The translations under genes were made by a program, and so were the position numbers. 64,000 nucleotides of DNA from Octopus sinensis (Eukaryota): assembly GCF_006345805.1 (NCBI RefSeq), contig NC_043004.1:39494001-39558000 (forward strand), given 5' to 3'. Numbering within the stretch: position 1 is the first letter of the stretch; every line of letters begins with the position of its first letter. Positions 35,008-48,504 of the stretch are shown here, in pieces. Below the pieces are notes generated by a model. That model was given only the letters and a program-made list of their open reading frames with translations. It was not told the origin of the DNA and did not search any database.

Positions 35008-35042
35008 AGTTAACGCTTCGGGCAGATTCCTTCATCAGAAAA
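35008..35042 (-). ncRNA. Decayed minimal hammerhead-like motif
   Basis: Minus strand reads TTTT-CTGATGA-A-GGA-ATCTG-CCC-GAAGCGTT-AAC. The core is two substitutions from CTGATGAAGGG.....CCCGAAACGTT and stem I is weak. Confidence 0.4.
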
Positions 35043-35084
35043 TATTTTACCAGACATCTCTGGTTTATTAGTCCTTACTTTACC

Positions 35085-35545
35085 AATCCTCTCTCTCTCT
35101 CCTTCTCCCTCTATCTATTTATGTCTATCTCTCACGCTCTCATTTTCACTCTCTCTCTCTTCCTCCCCTTGACACTCTCTCCTTCGCTCTCTTTCTATCC
35201 CCTCTCTCTCTCTCTTTCTCGTGCGCTCTTTCTCCGTCACTCTCTCTTCTTCCTTCTTTCTATCACCCGTGCTCTCTCTTCCCTTCACTCACTCACTCCT
35301 TCGCTTTCTCCTCACCTTCACTATTTCTCCTCCATACTCTCTGTCCTACTCTCTCTCTTCTCTCTCTCTCTCTCTAGCTTTCACTGTCCTTCGCTTTCGA
35401 GCTCTGTCTTCTACGCCTCTCTCTCTTTCCTTCGCTCTCTCTGTACCTCTCTCTCTCTCCTCTGTTCGTCTTTCTCTCTTCTCTCTCTCTCAGTTATAGT
35501 CTCCTTCGCGCTCTCTTTATCTCCCTTTCTCTTCCAGCATCTCTT
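35085..35545. repeat. Degenerate (CT)n polypyrimidine tract
   Basis: About 450 bp that are overwhelmingly C/T on the plus strand. Confidence 0.95.
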
Positions 35546-36344
35546 TCGTTTTAAATAGTCGCTAGCAATCAACACAGCAGTGAGAAATTCTCGTCACAGC
35601 AACATGACTGGACCATGACGGCAAATATTGTTTCAAGGTCACAAATATGTGATAACTAAACCAAACAACCCTTCACACAGAAACCTTTAAAAGGCAAGTT
35701 TGCTTATTATATTTGGTTACCGCAATAACTTCTAGCAGTAACTAGCAAGAGAAAAGAAGGACTGTGAAATTATCGAACATATCACGATGGCGGTGGTAGT
35801 GGTGATGAGACAGCGGTGAGGATTGGAGAAGAACAAATTTAAAATGGTGGTGGTGGTGGTGATGGTGGTGGTGGTTATGTGGTGGTAGTGGTGGTGTATT
35901 GTTGATGCTAGTGAGTTTAAGGATAATGAATTTAATGGATGATAATGTCTGCAGATGTCGTGGTATTGGTGACAATAGCGATGAGAGATAAGTGGAAGTA
36001 ATTGTAGAGGTGGATGTAGGACATCATGAGAAAGAGTAGTTTCGGTGAGATACATGGTGTTGTTGTTGTTGTTGTAGTTGTTGTTTGTGTTGCTTAATCC
36101 CAAGGCTAACTAACCCTGATCTGGTAGGTCAAAGATATTCCAGTTGTGACCATCCCATCTTTTTTTTTAAGCTTCCCTTAGTTTCCGTCAGCGTATACAC
36201 CATGTTGGGGATGATACTGCTTCGGTTGATTTTAGCCCCAGGTTATATCCGTTCGACCAGTTCCAGCTTTGACTATATATCCGTTCAATCAGGCACGAGG
36301 TCTACTTTAATCAATGCGTCTTTCCTACGATTATTATTGGCTTT

Positions 36345-36688
36345 TTTTATTCCAAGACATCTATTTTATCAGTCACTTTTGCCGAACCACTAACCCACAA
36401 AGTTGAAAAAAAAAACAACACCGATTGTCAAGCGATGGGAGGCACGGACAAACGCAAAGACATACACGCGCGCGTTCTTCATCGGGCTGCAACTTTGAGG
36501 CCGTAGCCTAATGACTGAACCAAGTAAAAAGGCGCGGGCGTGGCTTACTTCCTAACCACATGGTTCCGGCTTCTGTCCTACTGCGCGACACCTTGAATGA
36601 GTATGTGTCTTCTACTGTAGCATCGGGCCGACCAAGCCCTTGTGTGATGGATTTGGTAGACAAAAACTGAAAGAAGTCCGTTATATAT

Positions 36689-36732
<44 letters not shown>

Positions 36733-37150
36733 CTGTGTGTATATTTATGTGTGTCTTTGTATCTGTGTTTGTCCCCCACCATTACATGACAACCGATGTT
36801 GGTGTGTTAACGCCCCCGTATCTTAGCGTTTCACCAAAAGAGACAGGCAGAATAAGTATTAGGCTTACAAAGATTACATCCTGGGGTAAATTTCTTCGGC
36901 TAAAATTTTTAAAAAAACCCAAGGGCTTTGCTCCAGCATGGCCGCAATCAAATGACTGAAGCAAGTAAAAGTATATATGTATATATATAGTGAGAGACAG
37001 ACAGACAGGGAGGCAGGCCGGCATACAGACATATACAGCAGGCATCTTTCAGTTTATATCTACCGGGTCTATTCACAAAGCCCTGGTCAGCCCCGGGGCC
37101 ATTGTAGAAAACATTTGCCCAAAGTGCCGCACAGTGGGACAGAACGCAGA
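36345..37150. mobile_element. Cluster of SINE family B copies (minus fragment 36345-36470, plus copy 36530-36972, minus 5' half 37045-37150)
   Basis: Recognisable head, CORE-like and tail segments. Confidence 0.75.
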
Positions 37151-37639
37151 ACTAAGATTGCTTGTTATTTTGAAGGTTACTCTCATAAAACTGGTGTCTT
37201 TAAAGATGAAGTTTACGACGACGACCATGATGACAATCACCAGCATCGCCACCACCATCGCCACGTATATAATGATGATAAACAGAGATGGAAAAATTCA
37301 GGAATATGTTTTTTTATTTAGTTTTTTTTTCCCTTTCTGATTCCAAAGTAGAAACTAGTATGACACTCTCGTATAGTGTTACTTTTTCTTTACACATTTT
37401 TTTGTGTGTGTGTGTGTATGTATGTTATTCACACTTTACTGTCAAGCAGAAGATTAATTTGTTAAAGTGTAGTAAAACTATTTTAGACCCTCACAGACCA
37501 CACCCATACATAGGCTTTGCTCAGCAAGAGAACTATATACGAATACATGCACACACATGCATACACACACACAAGTACACGTACACAGACACACAAATAC
37601 ACAAATAGACGCACATAATACACGCGCGCCCACTCATAC

Positions 37640-37658
37640 ACCAAAACACACAGACATA

Positions 37659-37702
<44 letters not shown>

Positions 37703-37735
37703 TATATATATATATATGTATATATATATTATTAT

Positions 37736-37774
<39 letters not shown>

Positions 37775-37904
37775 ATGTGTATATATCTATATATATATAT
37801 ATATATATATATGTATCTATATATGTATATATATATTATATATATATATGTATATATATATAATATATATATGTATATATATATATGTGTATATATATAT
37901 ATAT

Positions 37905-37935
<31 letters not shown>

Positions 37936-37982
37936 GTTTATATATATGGGATATATCTATATATGTATATATATATATATAG

Positions 37983-38023
<41 letters not shown>

Positions 38024-38102
38024 TATATTATATATATATTATATATATATATATATATTATATATATATGTATATTATATTATATATATATATATATATA
38101 TC

Positions 38103-38183
<81 letters not shown>

Positions 38184-38300
38184 TGATACACACACACACA
38201 TACACAGAGACACACTCATACACAAATACACACAAAGATATATATTATATATAATATAAATAATATATAAATATATAATATATATATATACATACATACA
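37640..38300. repeat. Long degenerate (TA)n array
   Basis: Nearly pure alternating TA with G and indel interruptions. Confidence 0.97.
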
Positions 38301-38327
38301 TATATATGTATATATACATGCATATAT

Positions 38328-38640
38328 GGGTACAGGACATAAAAAAAACAACGTAGACAGAATGAGAAACGAGAGCATAAAAAACAATAACATAGAAAAT
38401 GACCATTTTTTTCGAACAACGAAGAAAACAAACAGAGAAACGAGACAAGCAACATAAAGAACATTTCCTTCATCAGTTGTCCCCTGTTTTATCTACTCCG
38501 CGTTCCGAGGGTTAGGACTAGACACGACTTCGTTAAAACACTCTTTCCCACAAAGCAAGTTAAATAAAATTTTGGTTTTTTTGCGGAAGGTGAAAGTGGT
38601 AGCAAAAACAGGATAGTGAGAACAAAACACTAAAAACAAA
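38328..38640. mobile_element. Non-coding PLE-terminal-type repeat, homologous to 43762-43940 and the arms of 39291-39624
   Basis: Shared ACAGGAC...GAACAACGA...GCAACATAAAGAAC...CCTTCATCAGTTGTC; adjacent to (TA)n. Confidence 0.55.
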
Positions 38641-39290
38641 CGGTGAGGGCTGTTAAACCAAGGCGATGTGAAGCGGTTACGCTGGAGAAACGAGCTTTGA
38701 GAAGAGACACATAAAAGCACGGCTTGTCTTTAGGAAGGAAGTGGAAGAAAGAAAGATCGATGACCGTTGGTCACGTGTGAGCAACGCGATAGTCAAGGAG
38801 GAAGAGTGAGAAAGAGAGAGGAACGGTGAAGAGGAGAGGAGAAGAATGCGGAAAGTCATGGCAAGGAATATAAGAGATACTACACGGATGGTAGACGAAC
38901 CAAGAAAGAAATATCAGGCTTGGCGGAACACCGATCACGTGGAAGGTGGAAGGAGAGAAGAGAGGTAGGGAAGAAGGATTGAAGAATTAGGAAGGAACGA
39001 GAAGGAAAAAGAAAGGAAAGGGATAGAGTGAGGTAAAGTAGGAGGGAAAGTGATGACAATGAAGGGAAAGCCAAGAAATGTGAGATAGGGTGAGCGAGGA
39101 AAAGAAAAGTGGAAAGAACAAAGAAAGTGTGAAAGGAGCTAAAAGAAAGAGTAAGATTCGTACAGAATTATATAATATATTATATAATATATATAAAATG
39201 TACTGGGGAGAGGAAGAAGAAACAAAACGAAACGGAACGAATCGAATCGAATCGACGCGAAGGCGCTCAGTCATACAATAGTGTGTAAAT

Positions 39291-39624
39291 AATAAAATAT
39301 ATGCATACATACATATATGTACGTACCTACATCTACATGTATATATACATGCATATATAAATATATATACGTGAGTACAGGACACCACAATAGACGCAGA
39401 ACTCAACGAGAACGAAAACGTAAAAACAAGCATGGAACGAACCTTTTTTCTTTATAAAAAAAAAAAGGTTCGTTCCATGCTTGTTTTTACGTTTTCGTTC
39501 TCGTTGAGTTCTGCGTCTATTTGTGGTGTCCTGTACTCACGTACATATATTTATATATGCATGTATATATACATGTAGATGTAGGTACGTACATATATGT
39601 ATATATGTATGCATATATTTTATT
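39291..39624. repeat. Near-perfect 334-bp fold-back palindrome
   Basis: GTGAGTACAGGACACCAC...CATGGAACGAACCTTTTTT / AAAAAAGGTTCGTTCCATG...GTGGTGTCCTGTACTCAC, with about 3 small differences. Confidence 0.95.
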
Positions 39625-40484
39625 TATTACATTATATATATATATTGTTGTTGTTAATATCCTGTTGTCTGTATTTGTAATTGTGTGCTATTTCTCTGTG
39701 TACTGCGAATATGTGATTTGGTCCAATGGTAGAATGCCTGCCGCGTTTTCAGGAAATACAGGTTCGTGTACTACCGATTGCCTTCGATTTTCTCTGTCTT
39801 AAGGGTTTTAACCCAATATTTACACGTTATTAATAATAGCTTTGTCTTCGAAATTCATCGTTCCCGAAGAGAATTATTTGATGTTTTCGATGTTTTTAAT
39901 TTCTGATAACAATTTATTGCTGACGGTTCATATTCTTGTATCGATGATCTAAAAGCTACGTTTTGTGTCTAGGAGAGAGAAATGCTTGAAGGGTTCAGAA
40001 AAAAAAAGTGAAAAATAGTGTTAAAGTCTAGGTACGAAAATAAATATTTCTTTTTAAAATCTTTGCATATCTTCAGTTAAGATTGTCTGAATATCTAAGA
40101 GAGTATGCACTAATATTTCTAGCTCTCGTTCATCAGAAAACAATTTTCTCTACTTGCAAAGCGATTTACTTGCTAATATATCATTTAGTTACAGAGAGAG
40201 AGAGAACGCACGGCGAAATTCCCGAGGGAATTATCTTCATTAATTTCTTGACGGAAAATATATTAATCATCGACCAATAGTGTATGTGTTTGACTGAATA
40301 TTGGGACACACTTAACTAACGAATTTTGTATACATAAAAAAAATTATTTACTCTACATTACTGCCTCATTAGATGATAATTAAGACAAAGTTGATCAGTT
40401 AGTATATCTCATTTCTTCAACGCCAAAAAGAAAAAATGTACGACTGTAATATACTATTTCTCGATGTGTTCGCTAATCGCATCT

Positions 40485-40865
40485 TTAAACTTGTTTCAGT
40501 CATTGAACTGCGGCCATGCTTAGGCAACGCTTTGAAGGGTTTCCTCGAATATATCGCCACTCCAATAAAGATATATATTTTTTAAAACCTGGTACTTAAT
40601 TCCATTGGTTTCTTTTGCTGAACAACTATGTTATGGGGACGTAAACAAAGCAACACCGTTTGTCAAGCGATGGTGGGGACAAACACAAATACACACATAC
40701 ACACTCACACATACACGCGCGCACAGGCGCACGATGGACTTCTTTCAGTTTCCGTCTACCAAATCCACTCACGTGGCTTTGGTTAGCCAAGTAGAAGACC
40801 TTTGTCCAAGGTGCCGTGCAGTGAGACTGAACTCAAGACCAGCTGGTTGGGAAGGAAACTAAGTT
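40485..40865 (-). mobile_element. SINE family B, diverged
   Basis: Tail, microsatellite and head segments are recognisable. Confidence 0.75.
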
Positions 40866-41074
40866 ACAAATATGCTACACTTCGAAGAAAGTTACCGAGA
40901 AAAAAATTAGTTATTCGCTGTTCCTATCAGTATAAAAGTTAATCTTAGTCATCAACTAATACTGTGTTTCTTGTACTACACAAGTGGGTATGCCTTAGGT
41001 GTTTAATATAGCTGTGTCCTGAGCTGCTTTCACCTACATAACATTGCTGTGTCATAATTGTTGTACCAAGAAGG

Positions 41075-42013
41075 AAGCGGGGGAATTCACTAGAATGTTC
41101 TTCGTGCCATTCAATAACAACTTTAGCTGTGTAAATTAGTGCATTATCATCCTGAATGATTGCGTATCCCTGCGGAGACAGTTCCGCAACCATAGGATGA
41201 ATTTGATCAGATAAAATGCTTAAATAGTCTTAACTATTAATTCTGCCATGAAGGAAAGCCATTGGGCCTGTGGATTTCCAAGATATAGCATCCCAGATCA
41301 TCACGGATCTCTCTCCATGTTTAACAGTTGGAAGAAGGTAGTGAAAGAGGTCAGTGGTCGGAAATATGATAAAGGATGGCTTGTCCGAGAAAATAACGGT
41401 CTTCACAGCTCTAGGGACCATTTCTGTAGGATTTTACTCCACTCTAAACGCTTTGCAACGTTTGTTTTTGAAAGTAGTGGTTTTCTGATTGCAGCCCACC
41501 CATGAAATCCGGCTTTGTGCAGCTCCCGATTAACAGATTTTGTGGAAACTGGGTTCTCGAGGTTATCATTAAGCTCTGCAGTAATTTTGGGAGCTATACT
41601 TTTATAATCCTTTCTAACAAAATTGTAACAGTCCGACGGTCCCTATCTGAAAGTTTTCGTTTTCTTCCGGAGTTTTGTTTCGACGGGGAGGTTTTTCCCT
41701 CTTTCTCAAAGGTGGTCATTTCTTTCGATACAGTACTTCTTGATACACTAAACATTTCGACTGTTTTCATTACGCTAGCACTTGCCATACGAGCACCAAC
41801 AATTTGACCTCTTTGAAAGTCCGATAGATCTATCATTTTAATGAATTTTAATTACCTTTTTCTGATGATAACTGAAAGGAAAGAACAATTTTAGCAAAAC
41901 ATATTCAGCAACACTCGAAAAACAAAAATTAACAAGCTTTTGACGGTTTTATGGATATTTCAAAATTATGATGCTATGATTCTAGGTGTTTCCATTATTT
42001 TGTCCAATCCCTG
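41075..42013 (-). pseudogene. Tc1-family transposon remnant (one TIR plus disrupted DD34E transposase)
   Basis: MIDLSDFQRGQIVGAR...SRSTVS...SGRKRKLSDRDRR, VIFSD, TVKHG..SVMIWDAISW and QDDNA. TIR CAGGGATTGGACAAAATAATGGAAACACC ends at 42013. Confidence 0.9.
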
Positions 42014-43098
42014 TGTGTGTGTATACACACACACACACACACACACACACAACGGGCTTCTTTCACTTTTTCTCGACCAAATCCACTTGAAATGCTTTGG
42101 TGACATGAGGTTGGATATGAATCGTGATAGAAAAGTAAAGTTCTTACCACACAGTCAAATTTATGCATGCATACACGGTATACACAGGTGCTTATAATTA
42201 TCAAGTACTCACCACCTACACCACCAAACGGTATACACAGGTGCTTATAATTATCAAGTACTCACCCCGAATCTCTATACTCAACATGCATACATAGATA
42301 CATACATACACTCGTACGTAAATATACATACATACACATGCATACGAGCATACACATGCATACGCATATACACACATGCATGCATGCATACATAGATACA
42401 TACATATATGCATATATACATGCATACATACATAATACATAGATACATACATACATAGGTACATACATATATATATATATATATATATGAGTACATATAT
42501 TCGTACGTACATATACATACATACACATGCATACAGGCATGCACATACATACGCACATATATACATACATGCATACATATATACATAGCATACATACATA
42601 CATACATACATTTATACATATATGCATACATACATACATATAAGCAATCTGTTGTATTACAGCCCAGCCGAGTAGACAAACAGTGATCGTAACTGCCGCC
42701 ATCCTGAGACTCATTATGAACATCGTCGTCGTAGACATCATCATCATCATCATATGCCACAGTAGTCGAGTAAACGTAGTGGATGGGGTATGCTGGGTAC
42801 AGTGTATGCTGGATGGGGTATAATGGGTGTAGGGCTGCTTTGGGTTAGGTTCTGTTGAGATGGTGGTACACTGGTACTAACGCTCAGCAGCCGAATAGTT
42901 TGGGTACGTGTGTGAATTAGCATAGAAAACGTGCGTGAGAGCGTAGAGAGGAGGAGAGAGAAAGAGTGTGTGTGTGTGTGCGCGTGTGTCTGTGTGTCTG
43001 TGTTTAGAAGCCACCCTGACTCGCCTTCTCCTCTAAAGACAAACAGGTATACCAAATTAGAATAAATCACATATACACACGCACACACTCTTCTCGCA

Positions 43099-43130
<32 letters not shown>

Positions 43131-43327
43131 GGTATATATATATAATATATATATATAGATAGATATATGCTGCTTCAGCAGGACCCTCTAGCTTTTGGCT
43201 GAAACCAATAAAGAATAGATAGATCGATCGATAGATAGCTAGATATACCTTTTATTAAAGCTGCAAAATTATTACAGAACTGTTACTCAGAGATTCCCTT
43301 TCTCGTTCGTCCGACAGTTGTGATATA

Positions 43328-43652
43328 TAGGCGCAGTAGTAGCTCTGTGGTTAGTAGCTTGCTTCTCAACCATATGGTTCCGGGTTCAGTCCCACTGCGT
43401 GGCACCTTGGGCAAGTGTCTTCTCCTATAGCCTCAGACCGACCAAAGCCTTGTGAGGATATGGTAGACGGAAACTGAAAGAAGTCAGTCGTGTATATATA
43501 TATATATATATATATCGAAACGTTAAACCCTCCTTCTTTCCTTCTTTCCTGAGCGTCCAATAATACTATATTTGTTCCACGTCCTCGAGTTGTTGTGTTT
43601 TTTGTGCTTTCTTGTTTAGATTAACTTTATAAATAAATAAATATATATATAT

Positions 43653-43686
<34 letters not shown>

Positions 43687-44207
43687 ATATATATATATAT
43701 ATTTGCATTTATACATACGTATATGCACTACTTACATATATACGTATATACATATGCCTATGCTGGCACAGGACGTCACAGAACGTAAACAACAAAAAAT
43801 ACGAAATATGAATACATGGATTATGAACTTTATTTTTTGCGAACAACGATGGAAACAAATGGAAAACAAGACACGCAACATAAAGAACGACCCTTCATCA
43901 GTTGTCGGCTGTTTTTCTAATCTGTATTTCGAGCATTTCATATATGTGTTTGTGTGTGTGTGTGTGTGCATGTATATTTATGTGTGTGTCTTTGTGTCTG
44001 TGTTTGTCCCTCCCCCACCAGCGCTTGACAACCGATGCTGGTGTGTCTACGTCCCCGTAACTTAGCGGTTCGGCAATAGTAGCCGATAGAATAAGTACTA
44101 GGCTTACAAAGAATAAGTTCCGGGTGGGGGGGTCGATTTCTTCGACTTAAAAAGGCGGTACTCCAGCATGACCGCAGTCAAGTGACTGAAACTTGTAAAA
44201 GAGTAAA
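43328..44207 (+). mobile_element. SINE family B with two PLE-type fragments nested in its microsatellite
   Basis: 5' half at 43328-43495 and 3' half at 43985-44207, with inserts at 43515-43630 and 43762-43940. Confidence 0.85.
43515..43630 (+). mobile_element. Truncated third copy of the 200-bp mini-element (half hammerhead)
   Basis: CGAAACGTTAAACCCTCC...TTAACTTTAT; same end as 1788 and 7098, broken within stem II. Confidence 0.8.
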
Positions 44208-44584
44208 AGTCTATAAGTATGCGTAAAATAACGTAAAGCGCGAGCATGCGCACGGTTGACTTAGGAGAAAAAATTTGAGAATAAATAACAGCTGATGGGA
44301 AGATGAAACGGTAACGAAACATAGAGAGGCTAGCCAGCTTGAGTAATAGGCGGAGGGGAAGGCATTGCTGGAATAAGATAATGCATGAGAGAGAGAGAGA
44401 GAGAGAGGGGGGGACAGTAAAAATTGGTAAACAGAAATGTCAATGCGAAAGCACATGACACATGTTACTCTCTAGCATAATTCTCTTTCTTTTCCTTTTT
44501 TTTTTTTACTATCTTTATGTTCTTCCTCTTCTTTTCTCTCACTCTTTTCTCTCCCTTGCTGATCCTACTCACTCTTTCTCTCTA

Positions 44585-44635
44585 TTGCAATATCTATCTA
44601 TCTATCTATCTATCTATCATCTATCTATCTATCTA

Positions 44636-44667
<32 letters not shown>

Positions 44668-44683
44668 CACCTAAATCTATCTG

Positions 44684-44717
<34 letters not shown>

Positions 44718-45329
44718 CACCTAAATCTATCTGTCTATCTATCTATCTATCTATATCTATCTATCTATCTATCTACCTATCCCGATCTGTCAGTCTATCT
44801 ATCTATCTATCCATCTATCCCTATCTGTCAGTCTATCTATCTATCTATCTGTCTGCCCATCTGTCTTTCTGTCCGTCTGTCTGTCTATTTGATTGCCTAT
44901 CTATTAATTTCGTCGTCTACTGCTCTATCTATCTCTTCGCTAGTTTGCCTATCTATCCCTCTCTTTCTACCTCGCTCTCTTCCCCCCCTCTCTCTCTTCT
45001 GATTCTGACCCCCCCCCCAACTCTTTCTCTCTCTGCTTCTGATAAACGGCCTCTCACTCTGCCCTCTTTTTCTCTCCATTTCATTTTCGCAGTAGGCTTT
45101 CTGAAACTTTTGGTCTTTCTCTATCTCTCTCTCCCTCCCCCTCTCTCTCTCCACCTCTCTCTCTCCCCCTCTCTCTCCACCCCCCTCTCCCCCTCTCTCT
45201 TAGACACTCAATCTTCTTCCCTCTATTTCTCTCTCTCTGTGTCTTTCTCGCTTAATATCTTCTTTCTCTCTAATACTCATCTCTTAAACTTCGATTTTTC
45301 TGCTTGCTTATCCTCGTAACTCTGTCTAA

Positions 45330-45371
<42 letters not shown>

Positions 45372-45560
45372 ACGTGCACTTTCCTCTCTCCCATACATAA
45401 ACTTTCAACTTTTTCTTCAGTTCCATCTATAACATCTCTCCAAGCATTTTGCATCTCTCTATCTAAACCTTATTTTTTTCACCTCCCACTATCACTCATT
45501 CTTCTTCTCTATTTGTAAGTACATCTCAACTATCCCCCCTCTCTCTCTATTAATTTCTCC
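44585..45560. repeat. (TCTA)n array followed by a long CT-rich tract
   Basis: Simple-repeat composition. Confidence 0.95.
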
Positions 45561-45644
45561 TCTTCTATCAGAGCTCCTTCCGTTAGTAACTAGCCCAAGT
45601 GCTACTTTGACTACAGACAGAACAGCATCAGAGAAGCACTCACT

Positions 45645-45683
<39 letters not shown>

Positions 45684-46644
45684 ACTTAAACATACACACG
45701 CAGTGCTTAAAACTTTACACTGCACCCCCCCCCCGCTCACTTCAGCATCCCATTGACATTTTCTTAGCCTCTTCCTATTCTTCTTAATCTTACTCTCCTC
45801 CCCTTCCTCCCTCCCTCCATCTTCCTGCATCCCTTCAACTTCATTTGCCTTTCTCCTCCCTCTTCCTCGTCACTCTGGCTCTTCAACACAATGTTCGACT
45901 CACTCTCTTCCCTTTCATCTCGTTCTCTCTCTCTTTCTCTCTCTCCTCGTTGTATATTATATATATATATATATATATATATCTATATATATAATATATA
46001 TACGGCGGTGCATCAGCATGGCCGCAGCTCTGAGCTGAAACTAAATATAAATATATATATATATGTATATTGTATGCCCCAGCATGACCACAGCTCGTGA
46101 GCTGAAACTAGATAAAAAAAATTTAAATTAAAAAAAAATATATATATGTAGGTATATTGTATATTATATACATATATATATATTGTATATTATATATATC
46201 GTATACAATATGTGTGTTGTGTGTGTGTATAAATTTAAAATTAAATTTAAAATAATAAGGGTGAAATATTGAATATTGATTTGATTAATATCAATTTAAA
46301 ACCAGTGGTCTAGTATATTAAAATCTGAAGATTCAGAAAAATTATATTATATATATCACTTTTTTTCGCTCACTCGTAGTTTTCAAAACTTTATGCCCGT
46401 TCCAAGTTCCACAACTTTAAACTGTTTCTCTCTCTCCCTCAGGTTATTTCTTTCTCTCTCTCTCTCTCTCTCTCTCTCACGTTATTTCTTTCTATCTATC
46501 TGTCTGTCTACTTATCTCTTACTTTCTCTATTTATTATCTGCCGCTCTCTTTTTCTATCTCCGTCTTTCTCGCTTCCATCCCCAAACTACTTGCTCCACA
46601 GTGACTGACAAACGAATGAAAAATCAAAATAAAGAACGCACACA

Positions 46645-46677
<33 letters not shown>

Positions 46678-48172
46678 ATACATGTTTGAGAGAGTGGAGA
46701 GAGAGAGAGAGTATAATGTGTGTACGTACGTGTGTAAATAAAATAAATAAGCAACAACAACAAACAAATAAAACTATTCAGCAGTTGAAGAAGTTGTGGT
46801 GATGGTGGTGTTGGTGTTAGTGTTGGTAATAGTGGTACTGCTGCTGTTTGGGAATGATAGTAGTAGTAGTAGTGGTGGTGGTGGTGGTGAGAGTACATTT
46901 TAGCCGGTGCTAAAAATAATAGTAGTAAAAATAAAAATAAAAAGAAACACAAAGCAAGAAATAAAAGTGAAGAGAGTGAAAGAATCAAAAAGTTTCGCGC
47001 AGTTCTTCGAAAGCAGCCTATATACATATTATATACAAGCAGGGAAGGAACCCAGAGCCGGTTTAGAAAGTTAAGCGTGTTAGACGGATTATACATACAT
47101 ACATATATATATATACATATATGTATTTCTGCATAGATATATAGAGGTGAAATTATACCTAATCTACTCGAGTACCCGTTTCTACCATAGAATCATATAC
47201 AAGAACGGGCCTACACACACACACTAACATTGACATATATATATACATAGACGCACACACGATTCGCACTCACCGGCAAAAACAAATCCTATTCACGCGA
47301 ATTGCTACTTAAAATATATATTTAGACAGATAACTAAATCTCTCTCTCTCTCCATCTTTATGTATATGTAGATATATTTATATATAAATATACTTATACA
47401 TATTGTGATAATTTATATACCTATGTATATGTTTTATATATTAAGCTAAGATCCAACGCATTCTTCATTCTGTCAGTCCAAAACAGAGATACAAAAATAT
47501 ATCTAGTGAAATCTGCGACCCGTCTCACTTCACCGCTTCCTGGTGGATATTCCAAAACACCTTGCCGGATGAATTTATCTACATAGGTTTTGTATAGAGC
47601 TTCTTATCTGTAGAGCATTTATTCCAAGTGTTCTTTTACTGTTTCCAAATTCCATTCCACATAAATATTGTCCTATTTTTTTTTTTATAAATGAAACATC
47701 GAAAATTATATTAATATTCATGTTTCCAAAGCACAAAATGAAATTTTAATTTTATCAAATACATAGGCATACATTTACACACATACAAACAGTGATATAT
47801 ATTTTTTATATACATACTCTCACATTGCTCCTACACACGTAGATGTAATTGAGATATTACATATATATATTTATATACACACACACACGTACATATTTAT
47901 ATAAAACATATATTTCTTTATATAAGAAAAACACAAAAGCACATTCACCCAAACACACACACAGAATATTCTACGTTAAACATAGCCACGATCGCTCTGT
48001 TATAACTATAATAGGAACAAATCAACAAGCTATACTCATCAGTAAAAAAAAAAAAAAACATAAAAAAGATAATAAGCAACAAATATATTTTAGGAGCGAA
48101 AGCGGAACTAGACTCGTCTTACGATTCTTGGCACCACTATTGTTATTTCTATTCTAAATTTCATTACAACAG

Positions 48173-48270
48173 TTGTCACTTGTGGATGAGGACTTAGTAT
48201 ACCATGAGGGACTTATCCGTGTTGATCTTTACGGTTTTTTTGACTGCTGCGTTTTACTCCGCAGCATACG
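48173..48270 (+). CDS. Candidate coding exon (LSLVDEDLVYHEGLIRVDLYGFFDCCVLLRSI)
   Basis: TTTCATTACAACAG acceptor and CG|GTACGT donor. The 98 nt are open only in phase 0. Confidence 0.4.
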
Positions 48271-48504
48271 GTACGTAAACCGGACACCACATGTCACGGC
48301 CATTTATTTTATTTTATTTTATTTTTATTTTTTATTTTATTTCCATTTTTTGTTTGTATTTTGTAAGTTTTCTTTATTTTCTTTATTTATTAATTTTTTT
48401 CTATTTTTTTGCTTTCACCATTATTTTTATTTCGCTTGTCGACGATTTCGCATGTATGATAATAGCTTCTGACATAGACACAGGGAAAGGTTACGTTCTG
48501 AGTT

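Noticed and set aside
38440-38510. CTGATGA on the minus strand with GACAA/TTGTC pairing (also 43875-43935)
   Set aside because: No GAAA follows stem II, and the upstream GAAA gives no stem I hairpin, so a complete hammerhead cannot be drawn.
42175-42268. 40-bp direct repeat CGGTATACACAGGTGCTTATAATTATCAAGTACTCACC
   Set aside because: A simple local tandem duplication with no further structure.
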